Of a DNA stretch of 64,000 nucleotides, positions 37,434 to 49,800 are shown piece after piece. Both the position numbers and the translations under genes were made by a program. A model generated the notes under the pieces. It was not told the DNA's origin and searched no databases. It was given only the letters and a program-made list of their open reading frames with translations. This DNA comes from Microbotryum violaceum (lineage: Eukaryota). How positions within the stretch are numbered: the stretch's first letter is position 1; every line of letters begins with the position of its first letter. The DNA is taken from assembly GCA_001244265.2 (NCBI GenBank), contig CDLV01000018.1, positions 62,001-126,000 of the forward strand, in the 5' to 3' direction.

Positions 37434-39654
37434 ATGGGGCCTGCACCGTTCGTGCTACCCGGTTATGCCTGGAACGGCACTCGGTACTACAAGTCCCTGC
37501 CCGGGGCGACTGCGACCTTCCAACCCCCACCGCATGCCGAAACGGAATCGCGCGGCTCCACCTCGTCATCGAACCATAGCGGCGGGCGCCTCAAGCGTGC
37601 CAAGAAGCACCACGCCTCACAGCCACGCATCCCGACCTTAGACATACAGGATGCAGGATCGACCAGTAGACTGAGGCACATGGCCCTTCTCGCTCCTGGG
37701 CAACAGGTGCTGTTGAAACAGTCAGTCTTTCGCACGATGTACCTTTGCCCGCCGATTCGGGAGCCGTGTCATGAGCTCGCACATAGGCCTTGAGATCCGT
37801 TCGGCAGGACTGGTTGACCAGAAAGGACTTATACGAAGGTCGCATTCTCCCTCAACGGCTCGTGCAGTGATCTCGAATGCCTTTCTTGGCGACATTACCG
37901 CTCAAGCTCGGTCGTCGTTCCCGACTGCCTCATGATGGACGACACCATCACCGCTATCAGTTTCGACGACGAGAACCCCACCACCATTCGTATCGGAACA
38001 CAAGGCGGAAGCATATCGTGCGTTGGGATCGATCGCTCGTGGGGCCAAGAAGGCACTGTCATGGTCATGGCCACCATCCTCAGCTGACCCGCAATCTCTT
38101 CTCCCCCTTCTGCACAGCACCGGAAATCTCGCTCGTCTCAATGATCCCGGCGGCTATTACCCACATGACGAGATGGGGTGGCGGCCGAGTTGGGTTTTCG
38201 CCTCTCGGATCACCTCCCTTGCTACGTGCGGATCTCGTTTCCTGTAAGTCATCGAAGACATACACTTGAACCCTTCTCAATTGACCCGGGGGTCGTCATC
38301 AGTTCACCGACCTCACTGACCTCGGGTCGCTGGTCGCACATGATGCAGAGCAACTTGCCTCGGTCCCCCACCTGCAGCGGTGGTCTCTCAAACCAACGAA
38401 ACCGTTTCTCTAGCGTGAGTGGAGTAGCTACATCCGCTCCGACCGCTCAAACGTTTATCGTCGGTTCCAAGGACTTACATGCCGCTCGGCCTCGCGCTGC
38501 TGTTCTCACCAGCTCTGTCACTTTGTCCCCTCGCAAAACTTCGCTCTGGACATCCGCCTTATCTCCCTCCCTGATTGCCCTGGGTCAGTCCGTTTGAGAA
38601 TACGACAGCTCTCCCATGCTGTCGCCGAAGCTCATCTCCCCACCTGCACCCAGGCTGCGATCGGAAAGTTTTGATCTCGCGAGACCCGTCTCACGCAGCG
38701 ATGAATGGCTACTCGACTGGCGGGCGGCACGGCGATGGTGCGGTGTTCGCCCTCGATCTCGGCGAGGTGAGCTGCACCAATATCCGTGAACCCTGTGTTT
38801 TTCTATCACGAGACAAGGTTTGCTGAACTCGTTGGAGAGCTGTGTAGAACATGGTCCTCGCGGGCACGAGATCAGGTCGCGTTAAGATCTTCGATGTCAG
38901 GTCTCCTTGCTCGGCGGAGATCAATCGGGAAGATTCTACAAGACCCGAGGTCAGTTGATTTCTGACAGCGCTCCAACTCGAATAGAAAATCACACATGGC
39001 TGATGCATGTATACTTCTACCCAGCTTCAACTTTCATTCACAAGCTCCGTCACACACATTCGGAAACTTTCTTGCCACTCTGGCCCGACTTGGGCGGATC
39101 CCCGCCAAGTGCTCGTCGCCACACTGGACGGTCACCTCCAAGCACACGATCTGCGCTTCGCCACATCGAGTCCCTCGGATGAATCCCGCTCGTCACCTTA
39201 CAAAGCTTCATCTCGCTCCGTCGCTATGGATCTCAAGGGGCACGTCAATACAGTCTCTCGCGATTTGGGACTAGCGCTCTCCCCGAAAGTAACCTACCGT
39301 GGACGTTCAAGCGACCTCAGGGGGCAAGAGGCGTCAAACTCCTTCGTAGCCATGGCCGGAGAAGACGGTATCGTTCGAATATGGTCACTCAAGACGGGAA
39401 GCCGAATACTCGCGTCCGATGTATCGGAGCCCAACGCACCTGCCGAGCTTGCGACCTCGACTTCGTTGCTGACGCGCCGGTTTTCGGAGCCGATTCGTGC
39501 GATGGCTTTTGGCCCTCCACCACCAATCTTTGGCTCTGGTATCATAGGAAATGATGCGAACTATGAAACAAGGCCAGTTTCGAACTCCAGGGAGGATCTG
39601 GATACCCTGTGGGTCGCGGATGGAGTTGCGCTGGAGGCCTTCCAACTGCAATGA
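37434..39654 (+). CDS. WD40-repeat protein, DCAF4/WDR21-like, multi-exon
   Basis: N-terminal LPGYAWNGTRYYK, VLAGTRSGRVKIFDVR, LVATLDGHLQAHDLRF, LKGHVNT and AMAGEDGIVRIWSL. Confidence 0.75.
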
Positions 39655-39669
39655 GTTGGCAGCCGGTAT

Positions 39670-40972
39670 GCACATTGAAATCGCTGAGGGACCGGTCCGA
39701 TTTCACGGTACCGCCAGTAGACAAAGCAACAGAGCGAAACGACAGTCGACGGCGACGAGACGTAGCGGCAGTACGAGACGAACAGATTCCACTGGCGAGA
39801 CACTTGCGCATAATCAGAGCGAGTCTTTGGTTCCAGCGCGCATAAGGACATCTCGGCTGTGCCGATGATCAGTTTCTCGATAGACGGGAACGGCTGAGCC
39901 GGTCGAGCCAGCTCCATGAGAGGGCGGGAAGCGAAAACACGTTTCTTCCACCTTCGCCTCGGCTGATCTGCATAGCGGCACCCCACAAGCGACGGCATGG
40001 TATGGGTCGAAGGAGAGATGTGCGCCAAAGCGCGATTGGAGGGCGGATGTACGAAGCGAGATAAGTCGTCAGCGATGGCGTTCTGCTCGCCAGCCACGTG
40101 GAGGACTTTGAGGTCGAAGTTGCGAAGAAAACTGATGTCGTAGGCTGCTAGAGTGTGCGCAATGATATGAAGGCTGTATCGTGCACGTGAGACGAGGCGT
40201 AGACCGCCTGCGCGGAGTCGGTCCGAACCAAGACGCGCCGGAAGAGATCATCCGTGGCGATGTCAGGGGCTCGGACGACCGTCAATGACTCTGCGAATGG
40301 GAGCCTCTGGAAGGTGCGCCGGGGGCAGCGATAAAAGTGGTGCCGGGCACAGGTCGCGACGAGTCAATAGCCGAGCCCTGCCCCTGTGTTGTCGGCATTC
40401 CGCAGACACGCATCCGTATAGATCACAAGGCGACAACTCCCATATCTGCACCATCGAGTGAGGATGGGCGACGCGAGATCGAGAGTGGGACCCCAAGCGA
40501 TCAACCCTGCCACTTGCGTTGAAGCCTCCGTCACGTCCTTATTGACAGGATCTCTGCCATCGGGGTTGACTTTGCCACTGGTCTTGTTGTAGAGTGGACA
40601 TGATGTACGGCCGAGCTTGCAGCGCCACATTGAGTGCCCAGCTCGAGGAATCCGTCATTTGTCGCCACCGTCGGAGGGTCGCATGCCTGCTCGGCGTCTG
40701 CACTGGGAACGACTCGATCGCGGCTGCTAGCTTCGTGACTGCTGCGGGCGTGAGAAATACGCTGAACTCGTCCGAGTCGCAGTTGATGCCGGTCATAGTG
40801 CTGCGGCATCCGAAGGGGGCTTTGTTCGTGGCGAGCTAGGAAAGAGGTCCATGAATCGCCCCCACTCTCGCCATCGCCGCTTGCTGCGCAGGGATCTTGT
40901 AGGTGGCCCCGTCATGATGGACGAACGGGAAGAGATCGCATACTAGATCGATCCCGAATGCGTTGTCCCACA
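39670..40972 (-). mobile_element. Degenerate DIRS/Ngaro tyrosine-recombinase retrotransposon fragment (end of RT, RNase H, start of YR)
   Basis: WDNAFGID (decayed YVDD), IYTDACL..GAGLGY and HVAGEQNAIADDLSR (RNase H), then ALEPKTRSDY..WNLFV (YR N-terminal domain). Many frameshifts. Confidence 0.8.
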
Positions 40973-41547
40973 CTCCTCTTGTTGTAACACACTTGATTAT
41001 CCCTCTCTCTTAACAAGGGCGATGAAGCACGGTGTAAGCCGAGAAGAAAAGCGAAAGTTTGTATTGGTCAGCAGAACGAAAACCTTTGCAGCACCGGAGG
41101 GGCAACAAAGCTACTGGACCCGAACAAAGAGGGTTTTGCCTTTACGAGGCATTTCGAAACTAACAAAGGTCGAATCCGTAGGCGTTCGAAACGAGTCAAT
41201 GTTGCAAGTTTCACCGCAAGGGCCATGAAAAATGAAGCTCAGATCACGTCGCACGTAGGCACAACAAGGTCGTTCAAACTCGGAAGGTGGGAAGGCGAAA
41301 AGAAAAGCACAACAACGGACTTTTTCGAAGGGAAGGGAGAAAGCGGGTTGATGATGGTCGGCGGGAAGACATTACACGAAAGTCGTCACAGAGTGGGAGA
41401 TAGTGATCTTGAGCTGGCGACCAGAGGTGATGTGATTCGACAAAGGCGGACGCGGACCCGGGGGGGGGGGGGGGGATAAATTCCTAGAACGAATAAGACA
41501 AGCGACCGGGAACAGAGAGACGACGAAAAAACAAGGGCATAAAGCCC

Positions 41548-42852
41548 TCACTTCTTGCCCATCTTCATCTGAGACATCTGCATGCCCTGCGGGGGAAGTT
41601 GTCCGGGTACCTTGATCAAGTTCTGTGTGGGGCGCCCACGTGCATCCAGGTCAGTCGTCGTTGGTTCACAGCAGTAGGGCAAGACGAAACGCACCTTGTG
41701 GATATGGGGCAAGACACCACCACCAGCGATGGTTGCGCGGATGAGCGAATCAAGCTCTTCGTCACCTCGAATGGCGAGTTGCAAGTGACGGGGAGTGATA
41801 CGCTTGACACGGAGATCCTTCGAGGCGTTACCTGGTTGTGATTACGAAAAGAAGTCGAGATTGTCAGCTGCTGCTAGTCGGGCTGACTTTTGCATTGTCG
41901 CAGTGGACTGACCAGCGAGTTCGAGGACTTCGGCGGTGAGGTACTCCAGAATGGCCGAGGCGTACACGGCAGCCTTGGCACCTACGCGCATGTTGTTCTG
42001 GGTGCGGGCCTTGAGGTAACGATGGATACGACCGACAGGGAACTGTAGAAGGATTGGAAAGACCAGAGCAAATATGCGCATCAACCAATCTGCGTCTGCC
42101 TGAGCGGGCGTTGCTGAGGTCTGGTATGGCCCGGGTTGATGCACACAGAGTCGGGTTATGACAATGGCGGCGATCCATGACGAATTGCACAAAGCGAAAA
42201 CAAGTCGAAGCATCGACATTGCTTTGCTTTCCGTGACCGCGGATTCTGCTCGCTCGAATGGGCGCCTGGGCTGATAGGCAGATCGGCCACACAAAAGAGA
42301 CACGCGGCGCGCGTCGAGGCGCCTCGACTCGGGTCAAAACAAGGCCGCTGCCAGACTGGACCGTGCGCGCGCCCTCGGACCCACCCAGCGTTAGGGCGAG
42401 CCACGGGCAACTGCAACGATGTGGATGAGCGGTCGAACGTGGTGTTGAGAGAAGATGTAGAATATTGGGAGTGATTGTTGCAGGCCACTGCGCAGTCGCC
42501 TGCCGCTCGAGCCGAGCGAGCTTGACTGTCGAGCACCACCACCCGGCATGACGGGCGCGACGAAACGAGACGAGTTGTGGAGTAGGTATTCGACGATGCA
42601 CTCACTTGAAGACCAGCCTTCTGGGACCTGGTCGACTGAGCCTTGGGATCTCCACCAGCCTTGCCACCTTTGCCACCCTTGCCGCCCTTTCCTCCGGTCT
42701 TGCCTCCAGCGCCTGCGCGTAGGGGAGCGGCGGGGGGGGGGGGGGGTTTGGTGACCCGTCAGCCGTCGGCGGTCAGTTCAGACGTCCTCCCCATATCACA
42801 TCCGTTCTCGTTCGCGCCACGTGACCCATGGGAACGCACCTCCAGACGACAT
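41548..42852 (-). CDS. HTZ1: Histone H2A.Z
   Basis: [88 protein letters not shown]; five exons. Confidence 0.97.
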
Positions 42853-43433
42853 GTTCGATATAGTAGGGTTGAAAGGGTGGGGGTCGGGGTGACGAGATGA
42901 GCTTGACTTGGCGCGAGTTGAAAGGCTGCTAACACGCGAGGTTCGAGGTTGCGAGATGGCGGTCGGAGGGCAAAGGCGACACAACCCGACCCGCTCCCAT
43001 GCGCGCCCCTCCGCCGCCAAAGAGAAGCCGGGACTAATAGCAGGGAGGGCCAGAGCATCTCGGCCGTCGTCGACGTCGCGGACCCGACTCGACCTAGGTG
43101 AGGGTACCCACGATGACAACATCTAAAACCTCGGTTACCACCGTCTTGAGTAGTCCTCGAGTGCTTGACCTCATTACTCGTAAGAGCGGGATCTTGGTAG
43201 TCACACTTTCTTGACAGGTCGTTTGCATGTACCAGTTATGGCCTACGGCATATTGTGCAATCCTTACCTTCATCTCCGACTTGCGACTCGCTGCCACGCA
43301 GTGCAGTGCAGCGTCTGCGTGTTCGGTCACGTGATAATGTGACCTTAAGCTGAAATTTGTGGATCCAGCTATGCAATAATTCTAGGGCGAGTTATCCAAA
43401 GCTAGTGCAATACTACCTCGTAGTAATAAGACT

Positions 43434-44440
43434 TTGCGATTAGCTTCTCTGAATGCATGCGTCGGGATTCGAATTGCCCGGGCGACCGCCGCGCCCCGTG
43501 GATTCTCGCCGACTCGAACCCCTAACAAGGGTCCGCATAAGATCAGATCAGATCAGATCAGATCAAATCAAGTATCAATCAAGCCTCGAGAAAAGAAAAA
43601 AAAAGTTAGGCGGTACCTAGATGGTGCCATTGTGATTTCAACTGCAGCGCACCTGATCAGAAGAGAGAATGGATCGCGCCATCTCATTGCTAGCACTTTC
43701 TCATAGGAATCATGCGACCCAATCCAGTCATAAAAGCGGGGAGCTCCTCCAAAAAGCGGCGGCATAGCAAGGTGATCACTTTAGAGGATGATGAGGATGA
43801 GGATGAGGATGAGGTTGTGAAGGAAGATTCAACATGTAGACATGTAAAAGTCTTTATGTGCCAAATTAGGCAATTACATGTCTCAGATCAATTTGATCTG
43901 CTCAGATCAGATCAAGATCAGATCAATCAAGGCAGAATCAGAAAAATCCAGATCAAATCTGATCTGATCTGAAGGTGATCTGATCTAATGCGGATCCTTG
44001 ACCCCTAATGGCACCCTCATCAATTCAACTTCGCGTCATCGTACTTTTCTTCGAAAGCATAAAAGACCCCCAACTTGAGCTACGAAGTCAGTGCCCTGAA
44101 TATGGAAGGTGAAGGCGACCCCAATGTGCAAGTGCGATACCAGCCTGGCAGCTCGCTCAATCGTCGGCGCTCCCACTACATCGGAATATCCCGGCCTCGA
44201 CTTCGATGATGTGATATCATCCGTGACCGAGCGCTTATTATCACGCTTCTCTAAGTCTCTTGTGCTGCGTATGTTGCAATGCTCATCGATTCAAAGAGCA
44301 GGTAGCCCATGCTTCTTTGTCAGCGCCAACGAGTCTGCGATTATCATAGTACATCGATGTGAGGTCCAACTCTCTGGCCATCGCCAAGCAAATTCGAGCC
44401 CGCCACTGTGGTGTGACCGCTCACTATTATAATGGCGAGC
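43434..44440 (+). pseudogene. RecQ-like SF2 helicase relic interrupted by a MITE
   Basis: With the MITE removed it reads GIRIARATAAP..TFLRKHKR/PNLSYEV, later NESAIII and LAIAKQIRARHCGVTAHYYN. These resemble RecQ motif III, RPNL, motif IV and AYH. Confidence 0.5.
43526..44000. mobile_element. hAT-type MITE, 475 bp
   Basis: TIRs CAAGGGTCCGCATAAGATCAGATC and GATCTGATCTAATGCGGATCCTTG; perfect 8-bp TSD ACCCCTAA (43518-43525, 44001-44008); subterminal AGATC arrays. Confidence 0.92.
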
Positions 44441-46473
44441 TGTTTCTTTTCTCATCGGATTCCCCGATATGTGTCTTTGACGTCAATCAACTGTCGGCGC
44501 GCCATTTGCGACTCGACAGAAAACTGACACTAATTCGACCCTCAACTGGGTACCCATAACTGGTGATGCCTGCGGGCGCTACTCCCTTAACGCATTCTCT
44601 TGATCTGGATCACAAAATACAATCTCGATACGGCTGTATTCGATTGGCTAGAGGCTAGTCCTGCTGCCAGTACCCTCCTGAGTTCTGCCCAATTCATTCG
44701 ACTGGCCAAAGATGCAGCAGCTTCGTTCGGATCCCCCACACCTCTGAATAGAGGCACATTATCTCCCCCTTGTTGGTTCTCTTCTGTTTTTTGGTTGAGT
44801 GTTTTGTTTTTTGTTTCGCCGCTTTGGAGAGCTCTCCAGTAACCCAGCTCCGCGTCGGAACTCGTAGTAACTCGTGGAGCAAGCAAGGTCGCCTGCTCGG
44901 ACGAAACTGGTGGAGCAACAACCACTGTATTGATCGCCGCGATCTCAACTCTGGGGGGGTTCTTCTCAGAGCTCGCCCAATCTACCCAGACTTGATCGAG
45001 CTTGATCGACAAGGTATCTGGTCTTTCCGAAAGGTAGACCGTTGGCTTCAATATGGGGCTAGCCTCAATGTGGGGTGCACTGTCCCCTATCCACGAATTC
45101 ACTTCAGGTCAGCCGCGCGCGGCGCTCAGCTCGACATCGGCAGGGCTGGTGAGGTGGTGACTACAGCCTGGCGTCATATGATGACTCATTCAGCCAGGTG
45201 CCCCCCCCCCCTAATCGAAGTCAGCAACCAACTCGAGCTCGTCGTCTCTCTCTCTCTCTGTGTGTCTCCTTCCTGCTCCTCGTCGACGCGCTCTGCACTT
45301 CTCGCACTACTTAGGATTGCCGAAATCGCCCTCGCCCTCCTTTTTATAGATGAGAAAAAATGGTGGCTTATGGGGGGTGATAGATAGTATCGTTTGATCA
45401 CCCCCTCCCACCTTCTCTCTGTGTGAGTTAATGCCTGGTGCGACTCAAGAGAGCTCGTTCGTGCCTCGAGCGGTGATGCTGACTTGATCGTGGCCAGGCC
45501 ACCCACTCACCTCGCCTTCACCTCCACCTCCACTTCCATATCCACCTCCTCCCCTTATCCTCGTCTCGTCTTCATCCCATATCATTACACCTTCATTCGA
45601 CACTCCTCTCACTTCCTCCGAGTCTCACTGCACCCCACCTCAACCTAATCTGGGCTGACCATCGTTTCACCCCACCTCGATTCCGCCTTTACCGTGACCT
45701 CACCTCACGTCTCTCACCCGCTCTCAACCCACCTCGCATCTCGTTCAGCTCGTCATATCGTCGTCATCTCATCTCACTCGTGTTTGACCCCGACCACTTT
45801 GCCATCCCTAGCCTTCCTCCCGACTCGGAGTCCTTCCTTCCCCTCGTTGACGCGCTCTAGTACGGTTCTCGCACTACTTCATCTTGCGGACAGTAGACCC
45901 CTTCTAATACGGAACAGGGCTTTCTGTGGTGTGGTAGAGGTCGTATTTGAATCCCACCCATCGTCCAGAGTGCGGGTTGCCACCCAGCAATCGGAGCGTG
46001 TTCGTGCCGCAAACATCGTGCTGACTCCGAGTCGTCGATCCCGTGCACCCTTCGAGACCCGTCTTGTCTCTTGTTCACCCATTCCACCTTCCATCCTCCA
46101 GCACACCACCTCCATCATCTTTTCGCCCCAACTATTCTCTTACCGCTCACCGCTCACCCCTCACTGCGACAACAGACTCAAACCAGCATCCACTGCACGG
46201 TTGGGTCACCAGCTAGTCGGCTCGACACTCAAGGTCGATCTTACATTCGGATTGAAGGAGGTCGACGGTACCCTCATCATAAGTAAGTATGCCTGTACCC
46301 TAGTCCTGTCACACAAGGTAGCTTATTTCTAGTGTACCTCCAGCTGCACACGGTCTTCAAGCGATTTCTCACTTCGGTCGACAAGGGGTTTTTTTTTTCT
46401 TTTTTTTTTCTTCTCTGCAACGGCGCTACGTGGTAATCCTGCACTTGTCCATTATCTTCTCGACTCGAATGTG

Positions 46474-46476
<3 letters not shown>

Positions 46477-46509
<33 letters not shown>
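46477..46509. repeat. (AG)n microsatellite
   Basis: Pure AG dinucleotide run. Confidence 0.95.
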
Positions 46510-46512
<3 letters not shown>

Positions 46513-46875
46513 TCCTGGCCGGACAGAATCCTTTCCGCTCGGTTTACCTTTTGAACCGTAGTCATGATGTTTGGGGCGAAGGAGATAATATCTTCTGGTA
46601 CGATACCGTGGGGGCGGAGTTAGCGACGAACCTCCACCGTGCGGCCAGGGAGCAGTTTCTTTCGCACTTTCCAAGGGTAAGCGGTTCGATGGTCTCAAGC
46701 CCGCACCCGCACCCGATCGAATGGGATGGTGGTGACAAAACTTTGAATCGAGTTGCGAGGGTCGGCGTACTACTGCTGCCGCTCGAACAAATTGCTTTGA
46801 TGCGGATCCAAACTTGCATTGAAACCACTTTATCAACTGCCGCGCTCTAAGCGCCTATGCGCCTCACCTAATGGG

Positions 46876-49800
46876 CGCCGATGTCTTTCTCCTGAGCGAA
46901 ACGGGCCGACCTTCCCCGGAAAGGGTTGCCCAGTGGACTCAGGAGTGCCAAGACTTAAAGCTCTCCGCTCTTTTCACTCCTCTCAACAACACCGCTATAC
47001 TCTGGAAGAGCGACTCCGTGGTCATCACTATTGATCCCGAGTCACCTCCCAACACTCTTCGTGCCTCTTTCGCTTTCCCCGACCGAGTCACCGACGCCAC
47101 CTTTCGCGTGGGAGACTCAAAAATCCGGGTTGTATCAATATACGCGCCTTCCTCCGACAAGCCAGACAAAAAGCGTTTCCTCTCACATCTCAGCACAGCC
47201 CTCCGACAAGTCGTGCGCGACGAGCCCTCGCCGCCTGCGCTCTTAGTCGGGGGGGACTGGAATTGTGTTGAGTCCCAACCCCTCGATTCGGAGAACCAAA
47301 ACGGGACGAATTATGGGGCCAGGAGATGCGCGACCTTGCCACGGCCAACAACCTCTTTGATGTCTATCGGCTTCACCATCCCAAAGGACGAGCCACGACG
47401 AATCGCTCAGCGCCCGGCACGTGCCGTCGCCTTGACCGCATCTATGTCTCGCCTGATTGGGTCGACCTCTTCCACGACCACAAAATCTGGGCTCCTGTCC
47501 TCAAATCGACGCACTCGATGGTGGCGGCGCGGTTCCAAGTGCCGGGCGCAATCGACATCGGTCCGGGTAAATTCAAGTTGGGTTTGCACGTGATCGAGGG
47601 CGACGCGACCTGCGAATACCTCACTTCCACTGTCCAGGCCCTCTACAATGAAGCCCTCCTCCAGACGCCCGACGACCCATCAGCAGCTTGGACGTCCACC
47701 AAACAACACTTGCTGCCCGAGCTTCAGGCTCTGGCTCGCACACTTGCCCGCTTCCGACGTGGAGGATCGGAGGAGGCGAAGGCAGATCACTCGCGCTACG
47801 GCGCGGCGCTGCGGTCCCGCATTGATCCTTCCCTCGCGGGCCCATCTTCCATCTTCATCCGCCTACGCAAAGTGCGCGCATCCGACCTCATCCCTTCCCT
47901 CTCGGTCGACAATGTCGTCCACTCCGACCCCGACTCGATGCTTGGAGCCGCTAGCAAGTACTTCGAAGGGGTCTACGAGGATCGCGCTATCGATGACGCC
48001 GCCTTGGAGAAGATTATCGACGGTCTCGCCTCGACTCGCCTATCCCCTGCCGATTCGGACAAGCTCGAAGGAGCGTACCCCCTAGAGGAGATAACAAAGG
48101 CACAAGAGGCGTGTAAGTCGAACTCCTCGCCTGGACCCGACGGTCTCCCGGTCGAGTTTTACCGCGCAACGTGGACAGCCACAGGCCCCATCCTCCGCGA
48201 CGTCATCAACTCGATCCCCACCGACGACGCCAGTTCTCGAACGTCGGCCCGCCACACTGCCCACATCCACCTCATCCACAAGCGCGGCGAGAGGGATCGG
48301 CTGGTGAACAAACGCCCCATATCACTCATCAACGCTGATGAACGCATCATCTCCCAAGCCCACAACCAGCGCCTTGCCCCTCTGCTCGAGACCCTGATCG
48401 GCTCGACCCAGCGCGGTTTCGTTCCGAACCGCTGGATTGGCACGAACATCGCCGAGGTGCAGTGTCTCATGGATCCTGGGCTCCCGGGTTCAGAGCCGGT
48501 GTCCGGTCTGCTCGCAGTGATGGACTTCGAGAAGGCTTACGACCGTCTTTCCCACACCTACATCGATGCAGTCCTCAGCGCCGTTGGCCTTGGCCCGAAA
48601 GCCTGCCAATGGTACCGAGCGACCTATACAAACCAATCCGCCTCAATCTACCTCAACGGATGGCTCTCGGCCGCGTTCGATATCCTCTCGGGAGTTCGAC
48701 AAGGCGACCCGCTGGCTCCGTCGCTCTTCGTTCTCGCAATTGAGGGCTTCGCCGTACAGTTGCGGTCACAAGTCAAGGGCATCGCGAGCCCGGGACTCCC
48801 AACCATACGAGAACTTCTCTTTGCCGACGATGCCTGCTGTGCTCTCCACGACACCTCGGACCTCGACCACCTCAATCGGGCGATCGAGCTGTACGAGCGG
48901 GCAAGTGCCAGCAAGCTCAGCAACGCCAAATCTTTCCTCTACCCCCTCGGGTCATTCAGGGACCGTCCGATCCCTTCACACCTCGGGTCCTGGCGTCTCA
49001 GCGACTCGCAGTTTCGTTACCTGGGAGTGCAGGTTGGGGTGGACATCGCCGAGGATGCGGGCTGGGAGGAGGTCAAGTCCGCGACCGTCGCCCGGATACG
49101 ATCCATCCCAATGTACGACCTTCCGTACGCAGCGAAATGTTCGATAATCAATATCTACTGCTACACGAAGATTCTCTACCATAATCGTTTCATCCCAGCT
49201 TCCAAGAGCGTCGTCAAGGAGATCGAGGACGCGGTCATGATCGCTATCCACGGTCGAGCCTCGGACGGATCTCAGAAACCCCGAAGGTCTCTCGGCTGCG
49301 CCTCTGCACCCCTCTCGACCACGGCGGCTTTGGCTTGATTGACTTACCTCGGCGCCTCGCGGTCGATCACGCCAAGTGGGTCTTTCATCTTCGGGACCCG
49401 GACGGCTGCTTCATTCGGCACCTCTTCGACATCCGCACTCGCCTTCAGGCGGCGAACGAACGCACCCCCTTTACCTTGCCCAAATCAGGCCCCAACCCAC
49501 ATCGTCGCTCGTGGGTCTGGATCTGGTGGGCCTACTTTTGCCACCCTCCTCCACAGTGGGAACGCGCAGTGAGGAAGACGAAGGCCCTGCTCCCTCCACG
49601 ATGGATCCGCTATTTCGAAGCCTGGGATTTGGTGACAACGCTGAACCCCCCCGAACTTTCCAAGAGCCCGAATCTGGAGCGGTGGGCAACACACGTCCTC
49701 TACTTCCCAGCAGGCCACGGAATCCGACTCTCGGTGAACCCGACGCTTTTCCGAGGACCCGATGGCGAGGTGATGACTCCGTCTTCGTTTGTGAACGCGT

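Noticed and set aside
18359-42852. RPAP1, TRA1 and H2A.Z as a functional chromatin cluster
   Set aside because: No evidence beyond proximity; common housekeeping genes are often neighbours by chance.
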